DNA of 64,000 nt from Camelus ferus (GCF_009834535.1 NC_045696.1:10294001-10358000); one strand, 5' to 3'. Numbered from the stretch's first letter, positions 22,904 to 36,318 are shown. Program-made: numbers and translations. Notes: generated from the letters alone by a model not told the origin.

Positions 22904-25558
22904 ATAAAGGGCTTCTCTGTGGGTACTGACTGAATAAGAAAAACATCAAATATCTGGGCTGTATTTTTAACTCCCTAACTTCTTGATCCATTGGCTGCAT
23001 AAATCCATCAGCCAAGCCAGCTGATTTAGCCATTCTAGAAATAGACTCCAGTGTCCACTTTTAAAGAATTTGAGTGTATTTTCTGACTCTTTGACAGGTG
23101 AAAAAAAATCCTTGGGCTCAGTGGAAACAAGATTTCACTTTTGCCTTCATCCTAATCAGAGGTTGAAATGTTAGGTTTACATAAACCTACATGAAGCCTC
23201 TCTTTCTCCTGTATCAGACTCCCCAGAGGCTTTTTCAGCAACATGGAAATCTCAACTTATTTTCTTAGGAACCCTTTAATAAACAAAGACAAGATGTTGG
23301 GTTTGTTTTTTTTTAAGATGTTGGAATTTTGTGCTCTCTTGCACCTTTGGCAAATGACAAGAGATTGACATCCATTTACAGAAGTGGATGAGAGATTGTG
23401 TCCCATTCACTTTCAGAAAACCTGACTCTTTTCGGTCTGTGTAATTGCCTTATTCACAGAATTGGGCACCTAGAAGGATATGGAGAGTTGTCAAAATGAG
23501 CAGGTCTGTTTCCTTAATTTAATTCAGAGAGCTGTGTTTTGGATGTGGCTCAGAAGCATGGCCACTTTGATTTTGAAAGAACAAGTTATTTTGTACAGTG
23601 TATGATAGTTAAATAAAACTTCATCATCAAAAGAAACTTTTCAGGCATTTCTACCTAGATGATGGGACATTAATTGGTTTAATATGTGATTTTTTGATTA
23701 TTGTATTGAATGAGTTATTAGCTTCTGCAATGAATATATTACTCTAAATAAAATTGTGAGCAGTGTAAAATAATAGCTTTTATAACAAGAGCTGTAGTTC
23801 CAAAACATTTTAGAAGGCTATCATTCTGTGAATCTTGTTAAACATTGGAATTAGATACATGATGCCTAATTACACTACAGCAACATATATAAAAGAAACC
23901 ATTTTCAATATTACATAATGAGAAAGTAAAGTTACCAGAAAAGTCTAGTAACTCCTTAATCTCAGCACAGCATACTTTATGTTTGTAAATGTTGTCTATC
24001 TTAATAAATTTAATTAATAAAATTAACTTTAGTGATTATTCAATGGTCCATTGTATAAACAACTAATAATAATTTTTAAAAAGCATATTTTTGATTGGCC
24101 ACCAACACAAATTCTTTTTATCTTTCTGATTTTAATTTTTTTCATTTTTTTATCTTCTTGATTGATGATGTCAAAACTGACTGAGACATGGGTTATAGTT
24201 AAAAAGGCAAGTTCGCTTATGTAAAACAGAGTCATTTATTTAACTTAACTCCCAAGCTAGAAAAAAAGGGATTTGGGCCAGTTCATTGGAGTTTATGGGA
24301 TTGGAATCTGACACCTCTGTTTTGATGCCGCATTGACTTTTTCTGTTGGTTTTTTACCTTCTAACTTTGTCAGCTTTTCAGGTATAGTAGTAATTTATTG
24401 AGATATCTGAACTCATTCATAGGTACAATCAAACACTGCCTGGTTCCCAGCCTTTCATGGCTCTTTTCTTCAAACTGTAGGACCAGAACCCTGGCCCAAC
24501 ACCCTGAGGATAGAGCCTCAGATCACGTCTAGGAGCTCCGAACCATGTGAAGTGTGGGTCACCCTTGTTCTGTGTGCTCAAGGCTTGGTGTTGGTCAGTG
24601 CAATAGTTTTAAGTTCCTTAAAAGAACAACTGCATTACTATTCATTTGCTTCACTGTATACCTAGGATATAGCCCTGCTCTCGGGGGTACTCCTCCCAGA
24701 GATGGGAGTCCCCTTAACCTTGTCTCTATGGCTAGGATTATACTTCACTGCTACCAACTGCCTGGGTCACCATCCCTGGGCTTCAGCCACCTTCTGGGAC
24801 ATTTCTGATACCTCTCAGGCATGACTCGTGCTGATCTGCCTGTTCCTAGAATTACTGCCTTTCCTTCTCAACAAAGTACTGCTCATTCAGCATGCATTTA
24901 CTGAAGTCCTACAAGGGGATCCACCATTCACAGCATCTGGACCCTCAGAAATCAGTAAAAGGACCCCTCAACCCCAAATGTAACCCTCAGATGCTTTGTT
25001 TGGTGTTCCTGCTGCCCTCACTGCCCCAGCTCCAGGAGGGGGACACTGCGCTTCCTCTCCTTCTCTGGCCTAAGGGCAGACTCACAAATATTGTCATGGT
25101 ACCTCTTGCCTGGCTGAGGCCAGACTGGAACATCCAAATACAGCTTTCTTCAAGGCTCAGGGACGGCAGAAGGGAAGGGAGGACAGCCCCTAGGATGGGA
25201 TAATCCAGCTGTGACCCTCTCTAGTTTGCCTCTGAGTCCAGTACCCAGCCTGCAGTGGAGTGAAGGAGCCCACCCTTCTCCCGCCTCTGGCAGAGCCTTC
25301 AAACACCCTAAGCATGCCTCCACTGCCCCAAATCTAGCCTAGGAAAGTAAGGGCTAGGGATTTTCTTTCTTGCCAAGACTGATTTCAAAGGTCTGGCTTC
25401 CTGTTCAAGGACCCACATCTTCCCCAGATGATTGATATATGCCACTGTCTCCCAGCCCCACTAATTGATAGACCCTACCTGAAGGTCTCAACAGGACACA
25501 TACATCCGAATACACCCCAGGGAGCTTAATGTGGTTACAAGAGGAGACCTACTCACAG

Positions 25559-25584
25559 TTGTGTGTGTGTGTGTGTGTGTGTGT
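25559..25584 (+). repeat. (TG)n microsatellite
   Basis: Directly visible. Confidence 0.95.
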
Positions 25585-25899
25585 ATTTGTTGGAGGGGTC
25601 TTTCCTGGTACACTGTGAGGAACTTCTAGTGAGGAGCATATGATCCAGCGGCAACTTGGCTTTGGCATTTATAGTTGGACCTCTATGCCTTCTGTGAGGG
25701 ACCCTGATTCTGTGGCATCGTCCTCTCAACTTTTCCATTCAGTCGCAGTTTTCACCATAATTTGCCCATTGAGCCCCAAGAGTCTCAGTGAGCTTTGCTT
25801 AAATGATATAGTGGACAGTTCTACTTTTGGCTGCCCATCATCTTCCAAATTGTCCACCCATATTGATGATGGCATGTGTCGTTCATCTGGGGAAGATGT

Positions 25900-26380
25900 G
25901 GTTCCTAGCACAGGAAGTCAGACCTTTGAAGTTGGTCCTGGCAGAAGAGAAAATCCTAATTTTCTTAAATATGCTCAGAAATAGGTGCGTGATCTAGGCT
26001 CTGCCAACAAGGCTTGTCCTTGGGAGACATGGGTTCAGAATGAGGCATGGGAGAAAATTCATTGGCTCTTTTTGAAAGTTCCACTTGGCTGGTGCAAGGA
26101 GGCAGTAGCTGCCAGGTGGAGCTCCTGGCACAGAAGTGGCATCAGTGTCGGTGGCAGTCAAGTTCCTGGCTTGTAGCGTGTGGTGGTGGCCACAGCCATT
26201 TTGGCGTTTTTCTCACCAGGCCAGTTCTTCAGTGTGGTTTTAGGCATGTTTCTGGAAACAACCTTGAACCACTTTCTCCATGCACTGCAAAGTTCCAAGT
26301 GTCCTAGAATGAATCCCTTTCCTGCTTAATCCATTTGGAGTGGGGACTGCAGTTTACAACTAAGAAATGTGACCGAAACA
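25900..26380 (+). mobile_element. Old ERVL-type LTR (LTR16/LTR33-like)
   Basis: 3' end aatgaatccctttcctgcttaatccatttggagtgggg..tttacaactaagaa..gaccgaaaca resembles LTR16-group termini; left boundary uncertain. Confidence 0.55.
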
Positions 26381-26819
26381 GATGAGATTATGGGAACCTC
26401 ATGGCTTTGGGACAAACAGGGACTATATACTGGATTGTAGGGCATGGGGCATCAGATCTGCCACTTTGTAGATGTGTGATCTTCGGCAAAGTACCAAACC
26501 TCACTGACATCTAGGTTTCTCAGATCAATTATTGTGAAGATTCAATAAGCTATCACATGTAAAGAATCCAGCATGGTTGCTGACACATGAAGAGCACTCC
26601 ATCCTAAGTATTAAATTATGTCCTCTGTTGTACTAATACAACAAGAAGAACAGAAGTTCTTATTATTGTTTAAGACTTGTTGAAGAAAAAATGTTCCATA
26701 GTTCTTCTCTGGGGGCAGTATTGATTTCGAAGCTAATCTTGCCAGTTTCAGTCAATTTCCTGAGTTGACTGGAACTGTTCTCTGTCACGCTTTCAGCTAG
26801 CTGCAGGCTTTAAATGAAA

Positions 26820-27290
26820 ATACAGAAGGCAGTCACAAAAGACCACATATTGTGTGATTCCATTTATACGAAAAGTCTAGAATAGGCCAATCTATAGAGA
26901 CAGAAAGTAAATCAGTGGTTGCCTAGGGCTGGAGAGTTTGGGAGGAAATGGGGAGTGACTGCTAATGGTTATGGGTTTTCTTTTGAGGGTGAGAAAAATG
27001 TTCTTAAATTGATTGTGGTATGTGGGGAGGGTATAGCTCAGTGGTAGAGGGCCTGATTAGCATGCACAAGGTCCTGGGTTCAGTCCCTGGTACCTCCATT
27101 AAAAATAAGTAAATAAACAAATAAACAAACAAACAAACAAACCTAATTACCCCCCTAAAAATAAAATAAAATAAATAAAATTGATTGTGATAATGGTTGT
27201 ACAACTCTGTGAACATACTCAGAATCATGAAATTGTGCCTTTTAAGTGAATGAATTTTATGACATGTGAAAGCTTTTATTAAAAAAAGAA
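26820..27290 (+). mobile_element. L1MB/L1MC-like 3' end, interrupted by a SINE
   Basis: gaccacatattgtgtgattccatttata..ctagaataggccaatctatagagacagaaagta..gtggttgcctagggctgg; resumes after 27189. Confidence 0.82.
27024..27177 (+). mobile_element. tRNA-derived SINE (Vic-1-like)
   Basis: A/B boxes, (AAAC)n/(AAAAT)n tail; TSD AAATTGATTGTG at 27006-27017 and 27178-27189. Confidence 0.92.
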
Positions 27291-27551
27291 AACAGTAAAG
27301 GATGATGTCGAGGGGTTCTGAGTTTGCTAGGTTGCTTGCTACTTTTCTATAGGCAAGACATGTCATCAGAAGCACAAGAAATAAGAGAACTATTTTAAAT
27401 TGTGTTAAGCATAAAAATGACTGCCAATATTTTAAGAATTTCATTTTAGATGCTTTTACAGCTGCAGCAAAAGTTGATTATTACTTATCAATTTCTGCCA
27501 AGACCCCACAAAACTTTGTTAGTGTTCCCAGGCCTTTGCTATGGTGTCTTT

Positions 27552-27722
27552 TTTTTTTTTTAATGTATTGCATTTTTATTTATGTATGTATTTATTTTTT
27601 AGTGGGGAGGTAATTAGGTTTACTTATTTATTTATTTTTTAGAGGAAGTACTGGGGATTGAACCCAGGACTTTGTGTATGCTAAAGTACTCTACCACTTG
27701 AGCTATACCCACCCCTCTGCCC
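27552..27722 (-). mobile_element. tRNA-derived SINE (Vic-1-like)
   Basis: ggggattgaacccaggac...ctaccacttgagctataccc; TSD TGGTGTCTTT at 27542-27551 and 27723-27732. Confidence 0.92.
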
Positions 27723-28447
27723 TGGTGTCTTTCTTACAACAAATAGCTACTCTTACTAAACTGAGTGGTGGCCTTCCATAAACAAGAATCCACAAAGTAG
27801 AGAAAAACTAGATAAAAGCAAATGCATGTTTTGTGAAAATAAGTGAGAGAGAATGGTGTTTAGTTACACAGATAAAACTTTTTATTCCTACAACTAATCA
27901 AGCAGTAGTTAGGATGTCAATTCCCACTGCTTCCCATTGTACATCATGTTGCCCACAGCCTGTGGGGAAGCAAAGAGCCCACCTGCCCTTTTTCTTCTCT
28001 CTAACACCAAGAAAAAGTGTCCTGAGAAGTCATGACTGGGTGGCCTTCTGGACATGAGCTGGCGAAGGCTGGAAGAGCATCTGTATGTGCCTCTGGGTCC
28101 CACCCTTATGAACTTGAGTATCTTGAGAGTTTTGGGAGATGCCTGTTCTAAATGCATCGCTCATGGAGCCTGCCTGCCGACAGCCCCATAGGGGCCAAAG
28201 TCATTGGCCTGAGGACAGCGAGTACATCAACTGGATGATAAAGTGTTACACAGTACAAGGTAAGGTTCTTTATTTTGGAAAAAGAAAATCTATTTTGAAA
28301 ATTCACATGTATATAGTAAAAAATCCAATCAATGAAAAAGGATAGGCAATAAATAAACGAGTTCTTCTTTACCCCAGACTCCCCGAGATCCAGACCTCCT
28401 GAGCCTACTCCCCAGATCTAATCACTATCAACAGTTTCTTGCTTATC

Positions 28448-28939
28448 TGTATTAGTTCTCTATTGCTGCTGTAACAAATGGCTACAAATTTAGTGGCTTA
28501 AACAACATAAATTTATAATCTTACAGTTCTAGAAGTCCAAAGTGGATCTCCCTGAGCTAAAATCAAGGTTCTGGTGGGGCTTCATTCCTCCTGGAGGTTC
28601 TAGAGAAGAATCCAATTCCTTGCCTTGTCCAGCTTCTAGACTTCTGCCTGGATCTTTGACTTGTGGCCCTTTCCTTTGTCTTCAAGCCCAGCAATAGCAG
28701 GTGGAGTCCTTTGCATGTCACATCACTCTGACTCTCCTGCCTCCCTTTTCCACTTTTAAGGACCCTTGTGGTTACAAGGCCCACCCAGATCACCCAGCAT
28801 AATCTCCTGATTTTAAGGTCAGTTGATTAGCAACCTAAATTCCAACTGCAACCTCAATTTCCCTTTGCTATGCAATATGACATATTCACAGATTCTGGGG
28901 GTCAGGACATGTTTAGGGGGCCATTATCCTGCGACCACA
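28448..28939 (-). mobile_element. MaLR solo LTR (MLT1-type)
   Basis: tgtattagtt..ctattgctgctgtaacaaat..caaatttagtggcttaaacaaca...ccaca; flanks TTATC/ATATC. Confidence 0.88.
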
Positions 28940-28978
28940 ATATCCTTCCAAAAATTTTTGTACACTCACAGTGTGTTC

Positions 28979-29189
28979 AAGTTGACTCTTGAACAACATG
29001 AGTTTGAATGGCGAGGGTCCACTTATATGTGGATTTTTTTTCAATAAACGAACTACAGTGCTACATGACCCACAGTGGGGTGAATCTGCGGATGGGGAAC
29101 CACGGACTCAGAGGACCCACTGTAAAGTTATATACAGATTTCTGACTACACAGATGGCTAGTGCCCCTAACTTCTGCATGAGTCAACTG
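28979..29189. mobile_element. TcMar-Tigger MITE (Tigger2/MER8-related)
   Basis: Terminal inverted repeats agttgactcttga...tgagtcaactg followed by TA; ggtccacttatatgtggattttttt; related copy in opposite orientation at 52598-52813. Confidence 0.8.
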
Positions 29190-29615
29190 TACATGATTTA
29201 TACACACACGCTGGCTCCATCTCTCAAAACACACAAATGTGAGCACACTATAGATACTCTTCTTATCTTTTATTTGACTTGTCTGTTAATGTATCTTCAA
29301 AATCTTTCCAAATCAACACATATAGCTCTACCTCATTATCTGTTAAGCCAGCATGAGATTGTTGTACGTGCTCACAGAAAGTAGAACTAATCAATACTGA
29401 GCAAATGAAATAAATAGCAGTGCCAGGTTACATAAGGACAGACTATGAGGCATAGAGTCAGAAAATGCAAGCTGAAGTTATCATGAATCGGGAATGAGAT
29501 GTGTCATAATAATGAGTCACAGGGTGTGAGGTACAGAGGTGAACACCTTCCTTGCATTAACTAACTTAATCTTCCCAGCAATCCTATAACATAGTTACTA
29601 TTATTAACTTTTTTT

Positions 29616-29862
29616 TCACTTTTATTAGGTAGAACTGTTACAATTTGACTGCATATATACAATATATTGCATGTAAATACATATACACAATATACTGCAC
29701 ATATTTTTTAAAATTTACATATATGTACTGTTTATTGTTTCTAAGAATGTTTAGAGCTTTAGCTTTTTAAACTTACATAGTTATCAAAGGAAGAAAGCCA
29801 ACCACAAAATAAGAATTAATTCAAAAAGATACATACACCCCACTATTAACAGCAACATTATT
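29616..29862 (-). mobile_element. Short TSD-flanked retro-insertion splitting a MIR
   Basis: 17-bp direct repeat TATTATTAACTTTTTTT at 29599-29615 and 29863-29879; AATAAA on - at 29626-29621; L1-like piece in the opposite orientation at ~29815-29862. Confidence 0.7.
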
Positions 29863-31069
29863 TATTATTAACTTTTTTTGAGAGATGGAGAAACTAAAGC
29901 AGAGATGAAATAACTTGGTTGGGTTACACAGCTGGAAAGCGGCAGAGTTGGGGATTTGAATTCAGGCTGTTTGTGGTTGGTCTGATTTCAGATCCCTGTT
30001 CTTACCCACACGAGGTTATGGTGTTGGCAGAAAAGAGACTGGAGTAGATCACATTAGTGAGTGAAGATTCCAGACTGGGATTCAGTGTGTTTTTATAGCT
30101 GGACTATTATCGTTGTCCTTTATTTCCCTTGAGGTCCTGGCCTCCCCAGCTGTCCCTAATACCAGTGAGTGAGAGGAAATGTGATGTAGGGGAGAGGGAA
30201 CGGGCTTTGGAGCTCAGGAGATTTGAATTCAGATCTAGGGGTTTCCACTCACTAGCCATGTGACCTTCTTGAGCTTCTGTTTTCTCATCTGTCAAATGAG
30301 TATCATCAGACCCAACTTGCAGGAGTGTTGTAATCCTCTGGGATGATGAACATGAAATGCTGGGTGCAGGGTGGGGTCTTCAAAGGTAAATCAGTGGTTC
30401 TCAGCGAAGGCGTTCCTGCCCCCTAGAGGACATTTTGGAAATGTATGGGGGAATCTTCAGTTGACAAAATCATTAGAGGGGCGCTACTGCCAGAGCTTCT
30501 GTTTAGCCCACTTGGACCAGTACGTCGTGCTGGCTGGCATCTATTCTGACTGATTGGTAAGTCCATGCCATCGTAGTTGTTAAATATTTCAGACATCACC
30601 CCTGACCACAGGCATTTAGGAGGTAGGGCCAGGGAGGCTGGGCGTTTTGCAATGTACACGGCAGTTGACCAAATAGAGGTATTGTTCCATGTCCTGCCCA
30701 ACATTCAAATGTCCCACCAGACATTCACGTGGGTGAAAAAGTCTGCTTGTAGTCATCTAAGCTTAGAATGGGATTATATTTTACATATAAACATGACATA
30801 CTTTTTGCATGATTTTAAATACACTATTTTTTTTCCACAGGTGCAACTACTGTGAAAACTGTATTTTATAATCTTGGGAATTTTATCAAGCATTGTACCC
30901 TATTTTAGGAAAACATTACTGATGGCACCATGGCTTATGGCATTTAAATTATCAGTGCCACACATCTATTACAGTTTTCATTTGTAGTACTGAATGCAAG
31001 TATGTACCAGAGGAGATTGGAAACCCCTTTTAATTTAGAACTAAATGTTATTAAACTAATGGAGGTCAT

Positions 31070-31553
31070 AGCAAGCATCCAAGAGGACCCCCAAAGATCT
31101 CCACTTTCTGATATTCACATTATTCTCTAGTGCTCTCCCACGTGTATTAGAGTTGGTCTGTGTGACCAACAGAATATAGCAGAAGTGATGGTATGTCACT
31201 TTTGACACTGGAAGCTTCCTCCTCTCTCACTCTCTCAGACCAGTCAATCTGTATAAGGCGAGTTGCCATCTCCTGAGGCAGCCTTGTGGAGAGGCACTTG
31301 TATCCAGGAACCTAGGCCTCCAGCCAACAGCCATGAGAGTGAGCTTTATTGTAAGCAGAGCCTCAGGCAAGTCTTCAGATGTTTGCAGCCCCAGCTGACA
31401 GTTTAATTATAAGCTTATCAGGAATCTTGAGCCAGAACAACTCAGCTAAGCTGCTCTGAGATTCCTGACACTTAAAAATTGTGCAAAATTATAAATAAAT
31501 GTTTGATGTTTTAAGTTGCTAAATTTTGGGATATAGCCATAGATAACTAATAC
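31070..31553 (+). mobile_element. MaLR solo LTR (MLT1-type)
   Basis: ggcctccagccaacagccatg..tgcagccccagctgaca..cagctaagctgctc..aataaatgtttgatgttttaagttgctaaattttggg..atagataactaataca. Confidence 0.82.
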
Positions 31554-31558
31554 AGTAG

Positions 31559-31593
<35 letters not shown>

Positions 31594-33269
31594 GTCAGCA
31601 ATCTCATTAATTTCATCAATAAGCGTTTAAAAAATATTTTATATGTGCTAACCTAGTGTAATTAAAGTCAATCTATACTATAAAAATTACATATTGAACT
31701 GATTCACTAACTTTGGGGTCACCTATTGTGTTTCCAGCTTCTACTGTCCCCAGAGGCCTTCTGTCTAACTTTTCTATGGTTTCCTGTGCTAATATACTAC
31801 TGTATCTTTTCTGACCCATCCTCTGATCCCTGTTATCCATTGAAGAATTTGCCTCAGCAGTCTTTTAAACCCTGGTGCCCGACTATATCCTTGAAAAAGA
31901 GTACCTGTAATTATTTCACCTTTACCTTTTCCTATATCGTAACATGATGATTTTAACATGAGACTTACAAAAAACCTTGACTCATTTGTAAGAGTATCAT
32001 ACTTCTCTTTTTTCCCATATATATCTCTATTTCAACTGAGATTATGTTCCCCTTTTTCTGTTCTAAAATTAGGGCTTTTTGTTTGTTTGTTGTTGTTATA
32101 CAACTCTGAAAAGCCAGTTTGAGATTTTTTTTTTCTTTTACTTGTAACTGAAAGAAGTCAACTGATAAATGTATCCACTGGCATCAGAGTCTAGACTTCA
32201 GAAAGAAGTGTTTCCTTTTCTGCCTGAGTCAAATGGTCTTCCAAGCTTTAGTATCCTGTTTCCCGTCTAAAGACCATCTTCTCCCCAAATGATTGACACT
32301 GAAAATTCATCCTTTCAGGAGACCGTCATTTCAGATCCACAGGAGTGTGATCTTAGTCTCAAGACACCTTTATCCCAATACAACAGTTCTAACTGACTTA
32401 TTAAAAAGAAGTCTTTTTGTTTCATGACCCCATAAGCTTATGGAGAAAGTGAGACAATATTTTTGGAAGTACATATTTACACAATATGCTTTATTCAACA
32501 TAGCTTCTGCGGTACACTTGGGTGTGTACTTTCAAAAGATGGGACATGAGCACCACTCCATTAGAGTAAGTTCACGAAGCAGACCTGAGAAAGTGAGAAC
32601 AAACCAGAACCCGTGGGACCTGGTGTGAAGGACAGCCTGGATTGTTCCTTTCTCTTAAGAAGGTTGAACCAACTGGACTGAATTCTACCTGTCCAGTTTT
32701 AGATGAAGGAGGCCTTTTAGAACCTGTCCTGGCCCAAACTTGAAAATGGTCCTGAAGTCACAAAGGCTCCAGAATCTAGGAGAGCCCCTCCAAGGTCCTC
32801 AGGTAATAGGAATTTAAGAAAACATATGCTTAAGTAGCTACGTAATGGAATACCAACTGAAATCAGGGCATGTGTGGAGTTTTTTTCCCCAGCTGATTTG
32901 CAACTTTACTAAATACTCAAATCAGTACATTTGAAATGCTGACACTGAAATGTCAACATCAGCAAATTAATCCCATTATCTTTCAAATGCCCATATTTTT
33001 GAAAGCATAGCTATATAAATGTTTGACTCTGTTTGTGAAGTAGAAGCTTATAGAATGATAGAGAAACGAGCTGCATTGTTTTAGTCCCCACTCAAGTCTG
33101 AGAAGGCAACTCAAAGCATGTGTACCCAATGGCAGGTCAACAGTAACATCTTTCTTCATGAATGGAGGTAAGCATTTGCCAACAGATACTCTGTAATAAA
33201 GTTAAAAAAAAAAAAGTCAATGAATCGTAAAATACTTAATACTTTAAATAGTGATGAGATTTGAGACTA

Positions 33270-33800
33270 TAGTAGAAATTTCTACTTGTCCCCCAATATC
33301 TATTCTTCCTTCCTCAGTACCTGAAATCCCATTTTCTAGCATTTCTTGCAGTTTAGTGTAGCCAAGTGACTAAGTTTTTTGTTTTGTTTTGTTTTGTTTG
33401 TTTTTTTTTTTTTTTTGCCAGCAGAATGAAAGCAGAAATGCTATGTGCAAACTTTGGGAAAGGTTCTCAAAGAGAGGGGGTATTCCCTTTGTCCTCTCAT
33501 CTGCTGGAATGCAGGCATAATGGCTAGAGCTCCAGCAGCTCTTTTATACCATGAGGTGACATTAGGAATAGAGGCTGATATCTTTCAAATGCCCATATAT
33601 CTGAAAGCATAAGTAAGTAATTGTGTGACTCTCTTGGCTGGAATAAGGAGGCTGGATCTGACTCCATGACATGCCAGACCAGCTCTAGATTAACTCTGGA
33701 CTTCCTCAACATGAGAGGAAGATACCAATTTTGTTTCAGCCACTGCTATATTGTGGTTGTTTTCCTTTGCTCCTTGTAACCAAATCTAATTCTAATACAA
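33270..33800 (+). mobile_element. Old MaLR LTR (MLT1I/J-like)
   Basis: atttcttgcagtttagtgtagccaagtgactaagtt..gctagagctccagcagc..ttgtttcagccactgctatattgtgg..aaatctaattctaataca. Confidence 0.65.
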
Positions 33801-34098
33801 TAATGAAAAAAGAAGTAAGATTTAAAAGCTTATTTTAAAAAGTCAACTTTTATAGGTCAGCAATTTAACTGGTTTTAAGGCTGCACATATTTCAAAAGTA
33901 ACTTATTCAACAAATATTTATTAAGCACTTAAGATCCTAGCCCTGTATCAGGATGATGTAACTACAAGTGTAAATCTACCAAGTGATAAAATATAAACAA
34001 TAGAAAAATAGTATCCCTGAAAATGAGAACTGAGAGATAATGGAAAAAATAAGAAAAAATAGAGTTGTTCCTCTTACAAGTATAAGACCTAAAGGAGT

Positions 34099-34219
34099 TA
34101 AAAAGACAACATAACACCATTTGCAGCAACATGGATGTTCCTGGAGAATGTCATTCTAAGTGAAATAAGCCAGAAAGAGAAAGAAAAATACCATATGAGA
34201 TCGCTCATATGTGGAATCT

Positions 34220-34251
<32 letters not shown>

Positions 34252-34553
34252 TACAAAACAGAAACAGACTCATAGACATAGAATACAAACTTGTGGTTGC
34301 CAAGGGGGAAGGGAGTGGGAAGGGATAGACTGGGAGTTCAAAATTTGTAGATACTGACAGGCATATGTTGAATAAACAAGATTATATTGTATAGCACAGG
34401 GAAATATATACAAGATCTTGTGGTAGTTCACAGCGAAAAAAAATGTGGCAATGAATATATGTATGTTCATGTATAACTGGAAAATTGTGCTCTACACTGG
34501 AATTTGATACAACATTGTAAAATGACTATAACTCAATAAAAAATGTTAAAAAA
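34099..34553 (+). mobile_element. Young 5'-truncated L1 3' end
   Basis: L1 3' UTR, caataaaa and A tail; TSD AAGA(C/T)CTAAAGGAGT at 34084-34098 and 34554-34568. Confidence 0.92.
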
Positions 34554-35039
34554 AAGATCTAAAGGAGTAATAGGAGTACGAGAACGGTATTTTGTGACAA
34601 CTTGGGACACAAAACCTTTTATTTCATGATACTTCAGATAAGAACTTTTTAAGACTCCCATTGATAATAACTGGACTTACACAATGTCTTTTCCCCAAAC
34701 AACTAAATGGCATCTTACATTCTGTAGGAAATAAAGGCGGGGCTTTCAAAGGCTTAAGTTATACGAAAAATTCAAGATGTAGCATCTTTAAATGAGACAG
34801 TAGGAAAAGACCTGACTATAAGAAAACCAAAAATCTGGTGGATGGCCCAGAAAAGCATCAGGACAGAATGAGAAGATTAGTTAGTTGTGTTGGTAACCTC
34901 AGGTTACAGTACTAGTTGGTAGGCTTGGACGAGTAACTGCACCTTTCTAGGCCTTCATTTCTGCGTGGCGGGGATTAGAAAAGGACATCTCTGCAGACCT
35001 TCAGTTCCTGAGAACCCTCCTGGAGCACGTGCCCTACAC

Positions 35040-35950
35040 TGGGGGGCTCGCGACCAACGCCGCTGGGCCTAAAGGCAAAGAGAGCCGTTGCCCTCTGGGT
35101 CTTGGGCTCCCCACGCATGTGATCTCACAGATGCTGCACCTGAAGTCCTTGAGCAGAAATGCATTGGTGCTGCCGCCCGGAAAATAACACGAGGGGTGAG
35201 CTCTCTATGGGGCCGCGAATCATAAGGTGCGGAGTCCGGCCGTAGGGTCCCAGAAGCTCGCAGAATCTCCACACCCTCGCCCCTCCCACTGGCGTAATTG
35301 CCCCGCCCCTCTTGCCCCGCCCCAGCCAGCCCCGCCCCCCGCCGGCCACTTGCTGCGTCCCGATTGGTTGCTGCGGTGCGCACGGCGCCGCGCTCCGCCC
35401 CGCCGGCGCCCTCGCTTCGCACCCGCCGCCCACTCCCGGCTCCCGGGGGCTGAGGTGGAGCGGAGGACGCCGGCCCGGTAGCGGCGCAGTTGCCTCCTCC
35501 TCTGCGCGCGCGCCTGGGTTCGGCGTGGGCGTCGGGGAAGCCGGGTGAGTGCGGGCGGCCGGTTTCGGGGCTCGCGCCCACCGCCCGCGCGTGAGGAGGC
35601 GCCCCTGGCCGACCTGGCCCGGCCTGCGAGGTGCGGCGGCGCCCGGCCCGGCCTCTCTCTTGCGCGGCGCCGCTGGGCGGAGCGGGCCGGCGGAGCTTCT
35701 GGGCGGCCTGCGGGGCGGGGGCCTCCGCCGCCCCCTCCGCACCTGCCAGCGTCCCCTCAGGCGACCGTGGCCCGCACTTGGCCCAGGCGGGACGCAAGCC
35801 GCGTTATCTCGGCGTCTAATTGCTTCCCGGGGTGGTCTGGAAAGGTTTCCATCTCGAGCCTGTCAGCTTCCCGGGGCGACAGGCGGGCGGGGAGAGACGG
35901 TGTGCGGTCCGTGAGGCGTGTGGGGGCCACTCAAGTATTTCGTCCTCCCT
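35040..35950 (+). promoter_or_regulatory. TMEM50B: CpG-island promoter and non-coding exon 1 of TMEM50B (donor after 35544)
   Basis: Very GC/CpG-rich; clustered GC boxes 35300-35345; inverted CCAAT near 35363; CGG|GTGAGT donor at 35545; next recognisable exon downstream is the TMEM50B start-codon exon. Confidence 0.85.
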
Positions 35951-36280
35951 CCCGTCTGTTCTGAACCATCGATGGGAATGTCAGTGTTTAGTGGACTTTC
36001 CCGACTCTGTTTATGAGAGTCAGGTACCGAGGTGGGAAGAGGAAGTGAAAGTGGATCAACATTCTTTCGGGAATTAATCATAAAGTGTTTGGTGTCCTTT
36101 TAGACAAGGAGCAGCAGAGAGTTGCTCATGTAGCAAAGGTAGTTGTTTTCGGGAAGACCATTTTGGTTTTTAACCTGTAAATTGGCTTCCGAGTTAATCA
36201 CTGGAAGGTGCTTTAATCTGAAAGGTAAATCTGTGACCTTTTAAAGCCAAAGCAGTGATGTGCTCGCTCCCTTACCCCTG

Positions 36281-36283
<3 letters not shown>

Positions 36284-36314
<31 letters not shown>
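36284..36314 (+). repeat. (TG)n microsatellite
   Basis: Directly visible. Confidence 0.95.

Positions 36315-36318
<4 letters not shown>

Noticed and set aside
22830..23033. Poly-lysine ORF, or a retrocopy tail at the poly(T)
   Set aside because: It is the translation of a T/TTC simple repeat; I found no adjacent element body or TSD.
25726..25911. WVDNLEDDG resembling the SEM1/DSS1 motif WEDNWDDD
   Set aside because: Similarity is limited to a few residues; no flanking homology, polyA tail or TSD.
35069..36081. Many overlapping long ORFs (up to 242 aa) on both strands
   Set aside because: Low-complexity Arg/Gly/Ala/Pro translations expected from a stop-poor CpG island; no recognisable domain. 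The same applies to 19063-19614 and 17221-17830.
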